The position numbers and the translations under genes are program-made. From the human T2T-CHM13v2.0 reference genome, Homo sapiens, in NCBI RefSeq assembly GCF_009914755.1, contig NC_060929.1: DNA of 64,000 nucleotides; one strand, given 5' to 3'. Each line of letters starts with the position of its first letter. Position 1 is the stretch's first letter. Under the pieces are notes generated by a model. It made no database searches, was not told where the DNA came from, and saw nothing but the letters and a program-made list of their open reading frames with translations. Shown one piece after another: positions 41,703 to 63,789 of the stretch.

Positions 41703-42720
41703 CATAGATTCAAAGATCTAAGTTAAGTTGGTCATTAGTCAACACTATTTAAAAGCCAGATATGTCCAAATGGCTCTTGAATCTACACTTATTATAGCAA
41801 ATATTTTAACGTGTAGAGATGAAAAGGACAGATTTTCTTTAAGTGTCTGAAGCCGGTAAAGAGAATTTCTGCCTTTTTTCCTCTGTAAATCTAAATCTGT
41901 TTGAAGAAAGAAGTGCGCTGTGAAATGGGAAGGCAGGGGTGGGCAAAGACACATTTTAGTGAGGTTTTAATCTCCATTTTGCTGAGTAGAAATAGAAAGG
42001 AGTTTTGAGGTGGTTTGAAGGGAAAGTGGGGGAGAGAGAGAGAGAAGAAATGGGAGAACCACTGAGAAGGTTTAAAATGTCTTCATGTTACTTAGGCAGA
42101 TAGGCAGATATGAGCAGGGTAGGAGAGTGCCCCAAGGAATGTCAGGCAACAGTCAGGTGACTGTCATGCAATTGTCAGGGGCCTCCTTGGGAATGACAGA
42201 TGGTCATGGCTGGCACCAAGAAGGGGAAAATTTCCTCCCAAACAGGAAACATCTTGAGCTTATGAGCAACAACTTCCTCATAAGATCCCAGGAACTAAGC
42301 AAACATGACCAGGCATCTGCAGTAAGGGGCAAAATGGCGGAGTTTGGCCTTCCTTCGGGGATATGTCCAGGCATGCTCAAGAAGGGGCAAAACGTCAGAG
42401 TTTGCCTGATATATGACCTTCCTTTGGGGGCACTAGACCAGTAACGAAAAATTGTCATGGAGAGCATACACACAACTTCAGCCACCAAACGGCACATGCA
42501 GCCCCTGACAGATATTAGCAAGTTACTGCGCATGCAAGGATTAGCCAACAGTTCCCCCAAGAAGGATGAGGGGAGGAGATCAGGAAGAATCAGGATACAG
42601 TAACTCTATAAAAGCCTTGAACCAATGATCAAGCGGGGCACTCAATCTTTTAAATTTTCCACTTGGTCCCTTCCGAATGTACTTTACTTTGCTTCAATAA
42701 ACTTCTGACTTAAATCTATT

Positions 42721-50130
<7,410 letters not shown>

Positions 50131-50224
50131 AAATCTACTTCTGTCTCTTGGATGTATTTTTTCTTCTCAGACAATAAGAACCAAAGACTGTGTATCCTGC
50201 CCAAACTCGCTGCCAGTAACATTT

Positions 50225-50242
50225 TGGTGTCATGAATCAGAT
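50225..50242 (+). other. Retroviral primer-binding site, tRNA-His type
   Basis: TGGTGTCATGAATCAGAT versus the His PBS TGGTGCCGTGACTCGGAT: 14/18 identical, three of the four mismatches being transitions. It starts 3 nt after the LTR's terminal CA. Confidence 0.75.
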
Positions 50243-51593
50243 TGCAGCTTCTCGGTAAGACCCTCTGTGCCTTGCCATCTTTGGCTGGAGGCACCCAACT
50301 CTGCTTACGTGAGGTCTTCTTTCTCTTGCTGTCTCACTCACCAGCCCATCTCCAGAAAAATTCTCTTTGGTCACTCTTCCCTCTAGCAGATTCCTCAGTT
50401 CATCCTGGTGGGCGACAGCAGAGGTGGAGGACTTCAGACTCTGTACCGAGTAGACCTAAGTCACTGTGGCCCTTTTGGACAGGTGGCTCACAAGGGTGAT
50501 AGGGCTTGAGCCTAGGCCATTCAAAGACTGGAGACCTTCATTTCCTTAACCAAAGTGGACTTTTCCCCAATAAGTCTACACCCTATTATGCTTCCTTTTT
50601 TTCTGTGGACTTTGAGATGGCCTTATATGCTGGCCACACTGTCTGTCTTGGGGGCAAGTCAACCTCTTCCCTGCTTCTATTCTGCATATCATGCAACTTC
50701 TTTCTCTGCTTAATATTGGGAAGACTCTGTCTCCACCAATTCTTTATTTCCTATCATGAATTTTTAAATCCTGCTACACATTGAGACCAGGTTTTCCAGT
50801 GGCTCTTGAGGTCATTTGTTTGTCTCCATAGGGCATCTGTATGTGGTCCATTAAGAGCAACTCCTACTTCCTTTCTAGAGCTATCTGCACTTTGGGGAGA
50901 GGACAATTCTTTCTCTGCCTTTTGTGGTCTCTCATCCCAAACTCCCTGGCCCTGACAGTTCTTCCTCTACACTGAGAAGACTGATAGGCAATGTCCTCTT
51001 AGGTCTAAGGGCTGCTGTTTGTGAGACTGCACAAAAGCAGCCTTCCATGAATATCCCTTATTTTCTACCATTCCCACGGGTGGCAGATGGATTGTCCTGT
51101 CATTTTAAATACTTGTTTTCCATGCTTCCCCAGGAATCCACAGGAGGGATGACAAGGGGACTCAGATGCAGGTTTTCCTCTGTTCCTCTGACCATCTACA
51201 TTCTTAACATATACTGGGACCTCCAGTGCTATGTCCAGAGAAAGGAAGGCCCAGTTCCCTTACAGCTGCTGGCTAGGGATAAGATCCTCACCTACCTAAA
51301 GGGATATGGAGAATGGGAATTTGAGAGAAAGGAAAACCATTTCATTGCTGGAATGCTCCAAACAAAGGTCACTGTAAGATCACAGTGTCAAAGGTACAGG
51401 TCAGCCAGAGGCCACAGGTGCAGGACAGATTACCATTAGCAGAGAGATGAAGGCTGGTCCTGGAGGGAAATGTGGGACCAGGGTTAGTGGTACCTGGTAA
51501 TCACTGGTTTATTCCAGAACTCCAGGATGAATGGGGGATGCCCTACTCACTACTCTGATCCAAGGTATAAGGGGATCAGGAAGGAATGCTTTC

Positions 51594-51920
<327 letters not shown>

Positions 51921-51949
51921 TTACTCTTCCCTGTTCTGTCTTGCAGATA

Positions 51950-53420
51950 GATAACGGTGTCTCCATACTCTGGGACTGACCCCTTGGATGCATCCTTAAA
52001 ATCTGCGATAAATCCAACCACCAAACCCTAAAATGAAAAAACTAATTTTTCATTGCAGAGGAAGTCTGGCTAGAGAATGGAAGTACAAATTTTAATACCA
52101 TTCTCCGGCTAGACCTTTTCTGCCATTATCAGGGCAAAAAGCCAGAGGTCCCCTATTTACAAACCTTTATGGCCTAAAGGGAAGACCCTAATCCTCGTAA
52201 AGCTTGTAAGGCAAACCTCACATCCTAGCTATGCTTAGCCATCTCCTCCAGGGCCCTGCATCGGCCCTGGAGACTCCTCTGCTGATTCCTCTCCAACATT
52301 TCTTCCTCCAGAAGCCAAAAGGAAAAACTACCTCCTCCTTTGGAGGTGAAAGAGGGAGAAACAGCCACCCCTGGATCCTCCCCCTATTTATCCCACTCCC
52401 AGACCTTTGGAATTGGCCCCACTTTACACCGGGCTCCTTAGTTCTCCTCTCCAAGCTTGTAGGAGGTAAGTGAGCCAACTGAACTCGTCCAGGTCCAGAT
52501 CCCCTTTTCCATGTACGACTTTTGACAACTTAGGAAAAACCTAAAAAAGTTCTCAGATGACCCCAAAAGGCTCATAGAGGGCTTCCCCAAATTGGCTCTT
52601 ACATTTAGATTAATTTGGAAGGACATAAATGTACTCCTGGGACAAGCCCTTTTACAAGAGGAAAGACAGACCATCTGCGGAGCAGCAATCCACTGTCGAA
52701 ATGACTTACACCTGGAAAATGCCAACTACCCTGGAGGGGCTACAGCTGTTCCCCAGCTGGACCCCAATCAGGACTACAATGCCAAAGCGGGAATATGGGC
52801 CAGGAACCATAGGCTCTTGTGTCTAATAGAGGTAATAAAATGAAGTAAGATCAAGCCTCTAAACTACAATAATTAGCCACCATAAACCAGGGGCCAAATG
52901 GAAATCCTATAGCCTTTCTGAAAAGTCTACAGGAAACTTATTAAGCACACCAAACTTAAACCCAGAATCTCCTGAGGGACTAGTCCTAAAGGACAATTTA
53001 CCCAAGCTGCTCCAGACATTAGGAAAATTTACAAAAGTCAGCCTTAGAACCCAGTGCCCCTATGCCACAAATCCTCAAATTAGCCTCCTCAGTCTTTTAT
53101 AACTGAGATCTGGACAAGGAGGACAGGGCTAAGGAAAAGGAGAAATGCAGGGACAAGATGCAGGCTCAACTATTGGCTGCTTTACAAGCCCACCAGCCCC
53201 CTCCAGGGTCTCCTAAGGACCCTCCTCCAGGTAACTGCCACTGATGCAGAAGACCAGGCTACTGGAGAAGGAATTTTCCAAATGGGCCAAATGGGAGGAA
53301 GCCCCACACAGCCTGCCCTCTTTGTGATAAGCTGGAGATAAGTCCCACTGGAAGAGGGACTGCCCTGGGATCCAAAAGGTCCCCCAGTTGAACCCCCATC
53401 CAATAATGGCCTTGAGCTGA
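51950..53420 (+). pseudogene. ERV gag remnant (MA, CA with MHR, NC zinc knuckle)
   Basis: Fragments PLGCIL, NGSTNFNTIL, KFSDDPKRLIEGF, LTFRLIWKDINVLL, a QGPN..P..FL MHR-like motif and CPLC...HWKRDCP, with many stops and frameshifts. Confidence 0.85.
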
Positions 53421-54350
53421 AGGGGCCCTCCACTCTGGCCAGCTTCCAAATCAGACATCATCATTAAAGGAACAGAGCCAAGGGAAACTCTGGAAATGAC
53501 AGGTAGTGCTATAAATATCCTTTTAAATACAAGAACTGCCTACTTTGTGCTAACCTTTTTCTCTAGGCAACTTACCCCCAAATTCTGTTGGGTAACAGGA
53601 GCAAGTAGCAACCCCTTCCTCTAAAGATTCACATCCCCTTTATTTATATTGCTTATGGGACTAATTACTATTCTCCCACTAGTCCCTGGCAATGTCTAAA
53701 TGCCTCACACTGCTTTTGAGTAGGAATATACTTTCCAAAATGGGTATCCACTTAATATTTACCCAACATCTGGACTGATATTTCCCCCTAATATCCCAGT
53801 TTCTCCCAGGAAAGCCAGCAGTCCTACCTCAGGGTTTTAGAGATGCCCCACACTTATTTGGACAAGACCCAGCAAAGAAATCTAACCAAGCTATATCTTG
53901 AGTGGGGACAACTTCTGCTGTATGTAGATGGCTTACTCATCTGCTCCCCCTCCATAAAGCTTGCACAACAATATGCAGTACAAACCTTAAACTTCCTAGC
54001 AAAATGTAAGGTACAAAGTATCCAAATCCAAGACAGAGAATTTCATACCTAGAACCAAATATATATACAGAGAGTACTGCTGGCTCCAGACCCTCTAACA
54101 ACCAACTTGTGTACCCACCCAGGTCCTTATTAAAACCTAAAGTGATGGATCTACAAAATCTCAACTAATCCCCTCATGGAAAGGCCCTTTTACTGTTTTC
54201 CTTTCCACTGCAACAGCTATCAAAGTTCCTGGCACCTCTAGTTGGATACATCATTCCTAAATAAAACCTTGAGAGGCTTCTGAACAATCAACAATAGGAC
54301 CAGCACCTGAGTATTCCTGTGAGTCATTGGAAGATCTATAATATCTCTTT
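53420..54350 (+). pseudogene. ERV pro/pol remnant, heavily deleted
   Basis: Protease site ILLNTRTAY (DTG lost). RT motifs VLPQGFRDAPHLFG (53821) and LLYVDGLL (~53921, from YVDD). Integrase tail [22 protein letters not shown] (~54177). Confidence 0.85.
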
Positions 54351-54359
54351 CAATGAAAT

Positions 54360-55240
54360 TATAAGTAATGCCTTCTTTTCTTTCAAACTAATGCTAGCTC
54401 AGCATAAGGTAGCCCCAGTACTCTGGATCTTATTCATGGTGGGATTGCTTATGCTTACACTTGGTTCAAAACCAACATTCCCGAGTGGGCCTACACCCCT
54501 CCAGGCTATGTATTTTTATATGGACCTAAACAAAATAAACTGCCCTGTGAGGGAAGTTCTAAAAGAACTTATTCAACCCCCTCACTTGTAAACCTTTTTA
54601 TCTGCATAGATAACACCCAACATACAGGGGATGTGCCCTAGGACTCCTGGGGCCACAAGGAACAGGTGTAACCATCTATAACATTACAAATTCTTAAAAA
54701 AGGAGAGCTCTTGGCCTTATAATGGTAGGGCTAGGGGCTGCCATAGGATTAGCTGCCCCATACAGAGGATTCAGTTATCATAAAGTCACCCTCCAAAACC
54801 TCTCTACACAAATTGGAGACCTAGGTCAGAGAACTGGGAACAGAATCTCTAAACTCAAGGCTTCACTGAATTCAGTAGCTAATGCAGTCATGGACAACAG
54901 ACTAGCTCTAGATTACCTCCTTGCAGAACAGAGTCGTCTGTGCTGTCATCAATAAACCCTATTGCACTTGTGTCAACAATAGTGGGCAAGTAGAGGAACA
55001 TATAAAGAGAATCTGTGACCACGCTAAGTGGCTTCATGACTCTGGGAAAGAAAATCCCTCAGCAGATTCCATCTGGAACTCTGTAAAATCTGCTCTCCCA
55101 TTGCTCACATGGTTCCTCCCCTGCTCGAACCAGCTGTCTCCATACGTCTACTTCTTTTTGGCCCCTGCCTTTTAACCTACTAGATAAATTTGTCTTCTCC
55201 AGGATATAACAATTTCAAACCAAGTTCCCAATAATGCAGG
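54360..55240 (+). pseudogene. ERV env remnant (mostly the TM subunit)
   Basis: Basic cleavage site KKRR-A (~54698), fusion peptide LGLIMVGLGAAIGLAAP, ISU-like MDNRLALDYLLAEQ (54890) and Cys motif CAVINKPYCTC. Frameshifted. Confidence 0.85.
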
Positions 55241-55591
55241 TGATAGATGCAGGAGGCAGATAAGAGGGAGGATCCCTGGAGAATCTCCCGCCCGCCTGTG
55301 CACTGCGACGATGGGGTAAAGCTACCAGGAAGTTCATGCCTTGTTGGGGGGAAAGAGCCTGGGAACTTTAGCTCGTGTGTGGGGGCTTGGAATCCAATCT
55401 GTGAGATGGGAGCCTGCTGGCAGAAACCCCTCTCACTTTGCTGAAAGTTTTTCTTTTCTTGTTTTCCTTTTCGCCCAATAAATAATAAATTCCATTCCCC
55501 TCACCCTTCCACGTGTCTGCATGCCTAACTTTTCCTGGTCGTGACACAGAACCTGGATTTAGCTGAACTGAGGAGCAGAAATTCTGCAATA
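55241..55591 (+). mobile_element. MER61-like ERV1 solo LTR inserted in the env tail
   Basis: Starts TGATAGATGCAGGAGGCAG, ends 'agctgaactgaggagcagaaattctgcaata', contains AATAAA, and has a perfect 4-bp TSD cagg (55237-55240 and 55592-55595). Confidence 0.85.
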
Positions 55592-58500
55592 CAGGAATAT
55601 CTACCTCCCTACCCAAATGTGAAGAAAACATACACCTGTTTCCCCTGGACCTGGCTGGACACCAATTCTACCTACCGATGGGACCATTCTGTTCTGACAA
55701 TTAGCAAGAGATTGAGACCCAGAGGACAAATACAGCCCTTATTTCAGCAGGAAGCAGCCACAGAGGACTGACCTTCATCCACTAGCCCCAAATAATTGAG
55801 TCTCACACTCTTGAGGGGGGAATATGTTAGGGTAGGTAGATAGGTGGATATGAGCAGGGCAGGATAGGGCCCCAAGGAATGTCAGGAGACAGTCAAATGA
55901 CTGTCATTGTGACTGTCAGGTGGCCTCTTCAGGAATGATAGATGGTCATGGCTGGCACCAGGGAGGGGGAAATTTCCTAACAGGAAACATCTTAAGCTTG
56001 TAGGCAACAACTTTGCGATAAAACCCTAGGAATTGAGCAGGCATGCACAGTAAGGGGCAAAATGGCAAAGTTTGACTGGTATATGACCTTCCTCTGGGGG
56101 CACTAGACCAGTAAAGGAAAATTGCCCAAAGAGTACATGTGCATAACTACAACCACCAAATGGCGCATGCAGCCCCTCCCAGATTACTGGCAAGTCACTG
56201 AGCACGCGGCGATTAGCCAACAGCTGGCCCAAAAGGAAGTATGATGGGAGGAGATCAGGAAGAATCAGGAAATAGTAACTTTATAAGAGTCCTGAGCCAA
56301 TAATCAGGCGGGACACTCAATCTTTCCAGTTGCCCACTTGGTCCCTTCCAAATGTACTTTGCTTCAATAAACTTTTGCTTCTGTCTGAAATCTACATCTG
56401 TCTCTCAGCTGAATTTTTTTCTTCCAGGAAGACAAAAACTGAGGGCCGTAGACCCTGCCTGGACTCACCTCCCGTAACATTTAGACTCTTTATTTCACTT
56501 AAATACTTGATCAAGAGGTACATGAAGATAACAAGCTACGGGGCTTTGCAATAATAAAGGCAGATTGCCAGTCTGAGTTTGGAATTGGAATCGGTATAGA
56601 CATAAGATTCATGAAATTTCAAAAATGACATATTTCTTTACATGTTTATGATCATGAAAACTAGTCTTTCTGTTTAAAAGAAACTACCTGGGTTCCTTTA
56701 GTCTTTGAACATAGAACTTTTTTTTTAATGTTACATTGATAGCTGAAACAGTTGATAATCATGTTCTAGAGCAGGTGAGTGTTGCTATATACTGGGGTTG
56801 AGATGGGGAAAATGAAATAAATGTATAAAGGATCAGAACTACAGCATCTTAAAGTGAAAACATCACAAAGCTCAGAGTAAATTTCCATCTTGCTGTTGAT
56901 TTATATATAATCTGTACTCACATGTTCAGAAGGAGAAGTGGAAATATTATCTTGGCTTACATGGAAGAGGAAAAGACTATATCTAGTTATTTAAAACTAC
57001 CTGTTAACTTACCCATAGACACAGCTCTATGTAATGAACTCTAGAATGTGGTTAGTGTCAATGTTCCAGTTGTGGACGGAGGAAACAGTTTTCACCAAAT
57101 GTAGTTGACAATGGCTGTGAAACATGGCACAGTGACTAGAATGAGGTAAACAGATGTCATAATAACCACGGGACACCTGCCTTCTTCACCTCTATGAAAA
57201 TATTGCTGCCTTACACATGGGCAGAGGTGGAGAAATGAGAAATTCTGTCCTTAGATACTTCACTCCAAAACCTGCCAGGTTCAAGTGCTGCCTTCCTGTC
57301 TCAATGGAGAATTTCCAGTTCTACTCTAGGGATGAGGCTGTGGTCTCTCCAGAGGTGGGTCATGGCCTCAGTACTATAGGCAGGCACTACATCCTGCAGC
57401 TGTCAATCCAGGCTGATAATTTGAGACCTAGCAGCTGATGACATTCCTTCTCTGCATGGCAGTTGTCTCTAACAGGCCAGTGCACATCTGAGCCAAAGAT
57501 GACATTTTTGGCATTTGCCTAGACGTTGAGAGCATCCACTGGCTTGGTGGGCACCAGTTGGCAAGAAGGGAAAACCCCAGCCAAGGAAAGTTTTAAGAAG
57601 GCCACGTGCTGGCCCTTCAGAAGCAGCTGCATTCATAGTACACACTAGGGGAGGCAAACGTGTGCCTGTGTAATCTGCCTTCTTCACTCAGTGGGAGGGA
57701 GGCCAGTTAACAATGATTTCAACTCTTTATTAAAATCAACTAACACATTGCTGCACTTAGATAGTAGTAACCAGGCAGGACACCAGCAGGCTTCCCTAAC
57801 TGCCTTTTTATTACAAGACCTATTTCAGGCCCATCCCACTTTACATCTCTGCAGCATGACTTCCCAAATTACAGGCATAATAAACTAACAAAGGCCACAA
57901 CCCCTGCAGGCATACAGAGTCAGATTACGTCTGACTGAATCTGCTTTCTCTATTCATAAACAACTTAAAACAGCTCTTTCCCTCGCGTAAGAACCTGACT
58001 TGCCAGGCACACAGTGAACCAGCAGAAGACTACATGAGGACAATGGAGATATGGGTGAGACAAGGGCAGGAGATGCCTTGTTCATAGGAAATGAAAAGCT
58101 CTAAAGCCCAAAGAATTTCCCTTAATTTTTTCCACGCAGTTCCCTTGAGGTTATGCAGCTGGATGTTCTCAGAGCTGAGAGTAGACTGGCTTACTATAAA
58201 CTATTCATTCTACCTTCAGATACTTTCAGGCCCTCTGTTACGATGGTTGACTCAATTGTTCCTCAAACCAAAGCTTATGCATGTCTAAGTTCTCTGATCT
58301 TAACCTTTTGAAAGGCAGTAAAATGAAAGACCTTATGAACTTTTGTTTGTCCGTGATCTTACTTCCTCCTTTTAAGATAGTTTTCCTTATGTAAAAGAAG
58401 CATGGAGTAATTGACTTTGGACAAGTGACAGAGAAAGGGATGGATTTCTAACTTAACTGTTGGCATATACCTTGAGAATGAATACATAATACACGTTTTA

Positions 58501-59502
58501 GTATAAGCCACAGATTCCTCTGGTCTGGGTACACTGGAGGCATTTTTATAAATGTAACATGGTTTATTGACAAATTCAGGGAATTGTTTCACATTGGTCT
58601 TTTCTGTCATACCAGAGGAAGTTTTAGACTAAAAATAATATTATCCATGTTTTACAGATAAGCAAATTGAGGTGGAGTACAGTTAAAGAGCTTGCTTAGG
58701 TCACATAGCTAGGGACAAATCCCTATTAAATGGAAAGGATATGAGACTGAATTAGTTTGCCATGCAGTAATTAAAATCACAAAGTTCTGTACAATCTCCT
58801 TGATTTTTAAAAGAAAAAGTTGTCTGTTTCATGAAGGACAGCTACTTACAGAATATATGCAATAGGGTTAAGTTGAAATTGTTTCAAATACACAAAAGAA
58901 GCCATTTTTTAAAAAAAGGGTTCTGAAAGGGGTGAAAATATTCTGTTAGTCAACGAAGCAGACCACAATAGTACATTTATAGACAGATTAGAATTTATGG
59001 AAAGAGAAAATAAATTAAAAATATGAAAAATGTTAAACATAATTGTGTTACGGTGGTAGAATAATAGGCAAGATTTTTTTTAACTTCTTTTTTCACAATC
59101 TCTGGATGCATGCTGTTTTTGTAATTAGCAACTGTGTGTTAAAGAAATAAACTACGTAAGCAGCCCCTTTCTGCACAAGATGGCTGCTATGTTATAGAAG
59201 TCTAGTTCAATTTATACACAGGTGAATTTTTCTAATCTTTTATTTTATAAACAACGATTTGGAAAATTCTTTTATCTTAATAAAAAAAAGACCATAGCCC
59301 TTCTGTTCATTGCAGGCAGTCTTTAGTTAAGACAATACACACAGGAAAAGGAACAGGTTATCAAACATGAAAGGTATTTAGTTAAAAAATCAAGTCCCTG
59401 CTTTCAAAATGCTCATAATCTAAGGAGATTCAAGTTAAGCTCATCATAGAGCTGTGTGCAGTATCCTTAAACTACATGCTAATTTCAAATATGAGAGAGT
59501 AC

Positions 59503-59509
<7 letters not shown>

Positions 59510-59540
<31 letters not shown>
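59510..59540. repeat. (TG)n microsatellite
   Basis: Directly visible in the sequence. Confidence 0.95.
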
Positions 59541-59544
<4 letters not shown>

Positions 59545-62500
59545 CCAAGACCTTTCTCCTTCCCTATTTAAAACAATAACATTTTGTCAAGGGAAAATAA
59601 ACAAAATAAAATAGTTTGAGGTTGACCCAAAACTCTGAATATTTGAATTCTAATTTGATTCTAAAGTCAGAAAAAAAGTCTACTCTCCTGGTATAATACT
59701 TTTAAAGCAAATGGAATCCATCATGCATGAAAAACTAATCTCTGACCTTTAATGGTAATTTTACTGATTGAAAAAAGTTTCAAACACTCAGTTGTGGGAA
59801 GGAAACAGACATTTGCTCACAGTCTGCAGACTTTGGCTCAGCTGACAGTAATTTTCCATTGATTGGGAGAAAATCATGGAAATTACATAGCTATGGCTGG
59901 CTTTAGACTGGTCTTATGTAAATTTCAACCTTAATTCTGTGTTTATTCTTTTGTGTGAGTGAAATAACAACAGAGTCTCTATAAAAAGATGTTACTAATA
60001 TATCTGAGGTGACCTATAACTACTATGCATGATATAGTTATGTCTTTTGGATTAACTATATATTTTATGCATTTATAATACTTATACATGCACAGTTAAA
60101 ATTCTTTTAGGAAAAGCAATAAGGTACTCTGTTCTGAAATTGTTTCTACAAATGCTGCAGTATGAGTTTTTCAATGACTTAAAAATTTCCATATGAGGAG
60201 AAGTGTTAGAAATGTATTTTTCCAAATGCAGGTGGGAGGACATCTTCTAAGCCTCAAGCCAGTTCTACAGGAACCAAGACAAACACCGAAAAGTGAAATA
60301 AGATTAAGTCTCTGCACCATTTCTAAAGCAGTGAAGCAAAACTACCTTCAAGGGTCAGTGGAGAAGACACCCAGTCCACAGCCATAGATGCTAGGATAGT
60401 CTTGGTCACATCCCCAGCCATACCTTATTGAGTCTTGGTGGTTGACCCTGAGCTCTCATGTTCTAGAGTTCCATAATAGCCAGGCTTCCAAATGCAAAAA
60501 GTGTGTGTGTGTGCACGCGCATGCATGTGCGTGTGCAGGTGTGTTTAGGCAAATTCACTTAATAAAAATGGGATGCTGATAAGGTGAGAAAAACACTAGC
60601 CAGACAGCCTAAATGAACAGTAAAACACTTAGAATCGTGCCTAACTTAGAATAGTGCCTGGCACTTAGTCTGGAAACACAGGCTATACATAATATCAGGA
60701 AGGACATCTTCGGTCCGTTAAGATATATAATAACTATGTTTTCAGACTTTATAGAACCCTGTATTTTCATAGGTATAAGTTACCATTTATGAGAAACCCA
60801 TACACAGGAGGAAAATAAAGTGAACAATTTTAATCATAACAACTTACTGAGTTTTAACTTCAAAGCGTGTACTTATATTTATACTTATTTGATGTAATTC
60901 ATTACCCATATTTTGTCAGCAGCAACTTGTAAAAACTTTAAATGAACTACTATATTGTCAATCATTGCTTTAAAATCTCAAAATCATTTCATGAATACAG
61001 CACATTAATATATGACAAGATTGAAAAAAGTTATATAAAATCTGATTGAGGGCATAATTTGTTAATAACTCTAGGCTTTTAAAAATTGTGAACTTAGAGC
61101 ACCGCTATTTCCCTTTCAAATCTCCCTCTCTCACCTCCTTTCCTCCTCTACTCCTTCTTTTCTTTTCTTCCTTCTTTCCTTCTCATTATTCACCAACGAA
61201 CCCACCAACCAATCAGCAACAATTATTTGTTGAAGCTTTTTGTTGTTTTCTCATTAAGATAAACCAATTAAGTAATCTATTTTTTCTATTGATAAATTTG
61301 TTTATAGAAAATAATTTTAAAGTATTCAATTTCTAAAGTCGGTTGCTCTAAAGACCCATCCTTGGAGAAATCCAATGATTTCCTGCACTTAACACTGGGA
61401 TGAAACACAGGGCCCAGGGACATTCATATTAAACTTGAACTGACTCCATCTGTACTTTGTTCAGTCTGTTTATTGTGCTTCTATTGAGTTTTCATTCTCT
61501 CAGTCTGATTTCCTTTCTGCTCCTGTTCCACCAACATGGCACCCTGAGGGCTTTTCTCCATACATCAGACATGTTACCTGGCCTATGTCTTTCCCTCGCT
61601 CCCTGAGATGGCATTCTTGGAACCTGGCATTGAACAGGGCCTTCCTCCTATAATGTGTAATGATAATCCTCCAATCTACTGCCCTGCCTAGACAAGATTT
61701 TTATGCTTAGGGTTGGAATCAAGTTTTTCAAGCACAACCCCTGTGACAGCTAATATTTAAGGGTCTCAGCAGAATTTAATTTGTAAAGAACTAAATATAA
61801 ATATACTTCTTAAATCTGGCATCTTGCTCATCTTCTTGCCTTTGTGTTCTCCCTGTTCTTTTTTCCTTTCTTTCAAATTATCTCCTGCAACATTAAGAAA
61901 AGTGTGGAATGGAAAAGTAGTCATAAAAAGAAAGCTAGAGTTTGGCTCTGAAATGTCTATGAGATGGTGTGAAAAGGCGCCTCAGGACTGAACTGTGCCT
62001 GGAAAGGCAACTTTTTCTTCACTATATGCAGCCTTCCTGAGTCACTGGTCACTGCTAGCAGCACAGAAGCCACAGAATGAAAGGAGAGCAAGTGCTGAGT
62101 GTAATATGGGAATTATAGAGAAACAGGGAGTGAGTTCTTCTGTTGTACTGTATGACCATGTCACCGGTCCCTCTTAAAAGATAATCTAAAAATAGAGTAC
62201 ACGCATGCGCACTTGTGCACACACACTATAAGGTCTGCTCAAGTACTAGGATTATTTGGGCTTGAGGATTTTTGGATTGATTGAATACAACTTTATTTAT
62301 GTATCCTTGATTCAGGAATAAAAAAATGGCTAAAATCTTTTGCTACATAGCAATTAGAGATTTAGGGATAACATAATCTGAGGATGTCTTCAAGTCTCAG
62401 ATATGTAACTTAGCTGTGCAATCTTAGGAAAATTATGCCTCTTTCATGGGCCACATAAATTCTCAGGACTAATTAAGACACACTATTGGCACAATAACCA

Positions 62501-62949
62501 GCAAAATGCCTTAGTTTGGTTTTTATAAGTGTGCTGGATTTTTGGAAGAAGTCCAATAACTACATACTAAGGAAAATAGTTCAATCATTTTTTATTGCTT
62601 TAGTTCTTATCATTCACTCAGTATTGCTGGTGATTGAGGGAACATAAACCTCTAGAGGAATGAACTGATACCACTGCATGAGACCAAAGGCAACTAATCA
62701 TGAAATGAGACAGTCCTGAAGTAACTGGTTCTGATTCTGACCAAGCAACCCAATGAGTAGTTTATGGGCTCATGTCATCCCTTTGAAAAGCACAAATAAA
62801 GAGCAAAGAAAGGAGGTCACACAAATGGAGGTTACTCTCCTGAGTTTGTCAAGAAGCTCATTGGGCACTCCATAGTTGGGAACACTGGTATTCTAGAATC
62901 TTTATGGCTTATGGGTCAAATCCAATGCTATCTATATTTACATTATGTT

Positions 62950-63327
62950 TTAGGCATTGCAGCATATATTCACCATCCTTTTCTTCCTCATGCTCTCCTC
63001 CCTCAGTGATATTGGGTTTAGTCATATTATGTGCTGTGGCTAACAGAATGTGGGCACAAATGATACTGCTTTATAAACTGAGGCCTTACAAAGTATTGAA
63101 CATTTCTACTTGCCACATTGGGAGTTGTAAACTGTGCCACAAGGACACGCCCTGGGAGATCACTGGTCCAAGAAGGAGAAACATGAAGAACAAGCATGAA
63201 GGCAACCTGCAGCCTGAAGCAGCACTATTCTGACCCATTAGTAGGACTATGAGCAAGAAGCAAATGTCATTGGTATTTTGTAGTTGATTGTTCGGTAGCA
63301 TTACTGTAGCAATAGCTGACTAATGCA
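62950..63327 (+). mobile_element. MLT1 (MaLR, MLT1H-like) solo LTR
   Basis: Contains 'ggctaacagaatgtggg', 'ctgaggcctta' and the 3' end 'gcattactgtagcaatagctgactaatgca'. Confidence 0.7.
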
Positions 63328-63789
63328 CCTTGCAATAATAGATCAACACAGAAAATGTGAATTTTGTTTTTCTCTTGGAATCTCAACAGTTCTGACTAAT
63401 TCAACTAATCCCTAACCTTTCTATTTTATTTTGCCTATTCAAGCTTGCTAGCAATCTAGACTGTTATCATTCCTTAAATATGCTTCATGTAGTGTACAGT
63501 GCCTCCACCCTCGACAATTCCCATCTGTCTAATCTTTTTATGCAAGATTCAACTAAAATTTTTTTCTTTCATGAAGAACATCAGATTCTCCCACTAATTC
63601 TTTCTGAGAGAGAGGCAATTTCTTCTTTAAGCTCTTTTATCTCTCTCTCTTGCTTTATTGATGACCATCTGTGATAAATTATAGTACCCCTAGTATTGTT
63701 CTATACCACTTATTGGTTAATATATCCCTTGGCATTTGAAAATGCTTTAAGGACTGGAATACTTCTCTTGAATTTCATACAGAATAAGC

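Noticed and set aside
50924-51439. 171-aa ORF
   Set aside because: It is a GTG-started frame in the ERV leader with no recognisable domain.
54360-55240. env as a domesticated syncytin-like gene
   Set aside because: It is frameshifted within TM, SU is truncated with stops, and the tail is interrupted by a solo LTR.
55241-55591. p53 element in the MER61-like LTR (the family is known for such sites)
   Set aside because: No paired RRRCWWGYYY half-sites are visible in this copy.
56088-56108. CTCF-like motif cctctgggggcacta in the LTRs
   Set aside because: The spacing does not fit the CCASYAGRKGGC core, so it cannot be supported without a PWM scan or ChIP data.
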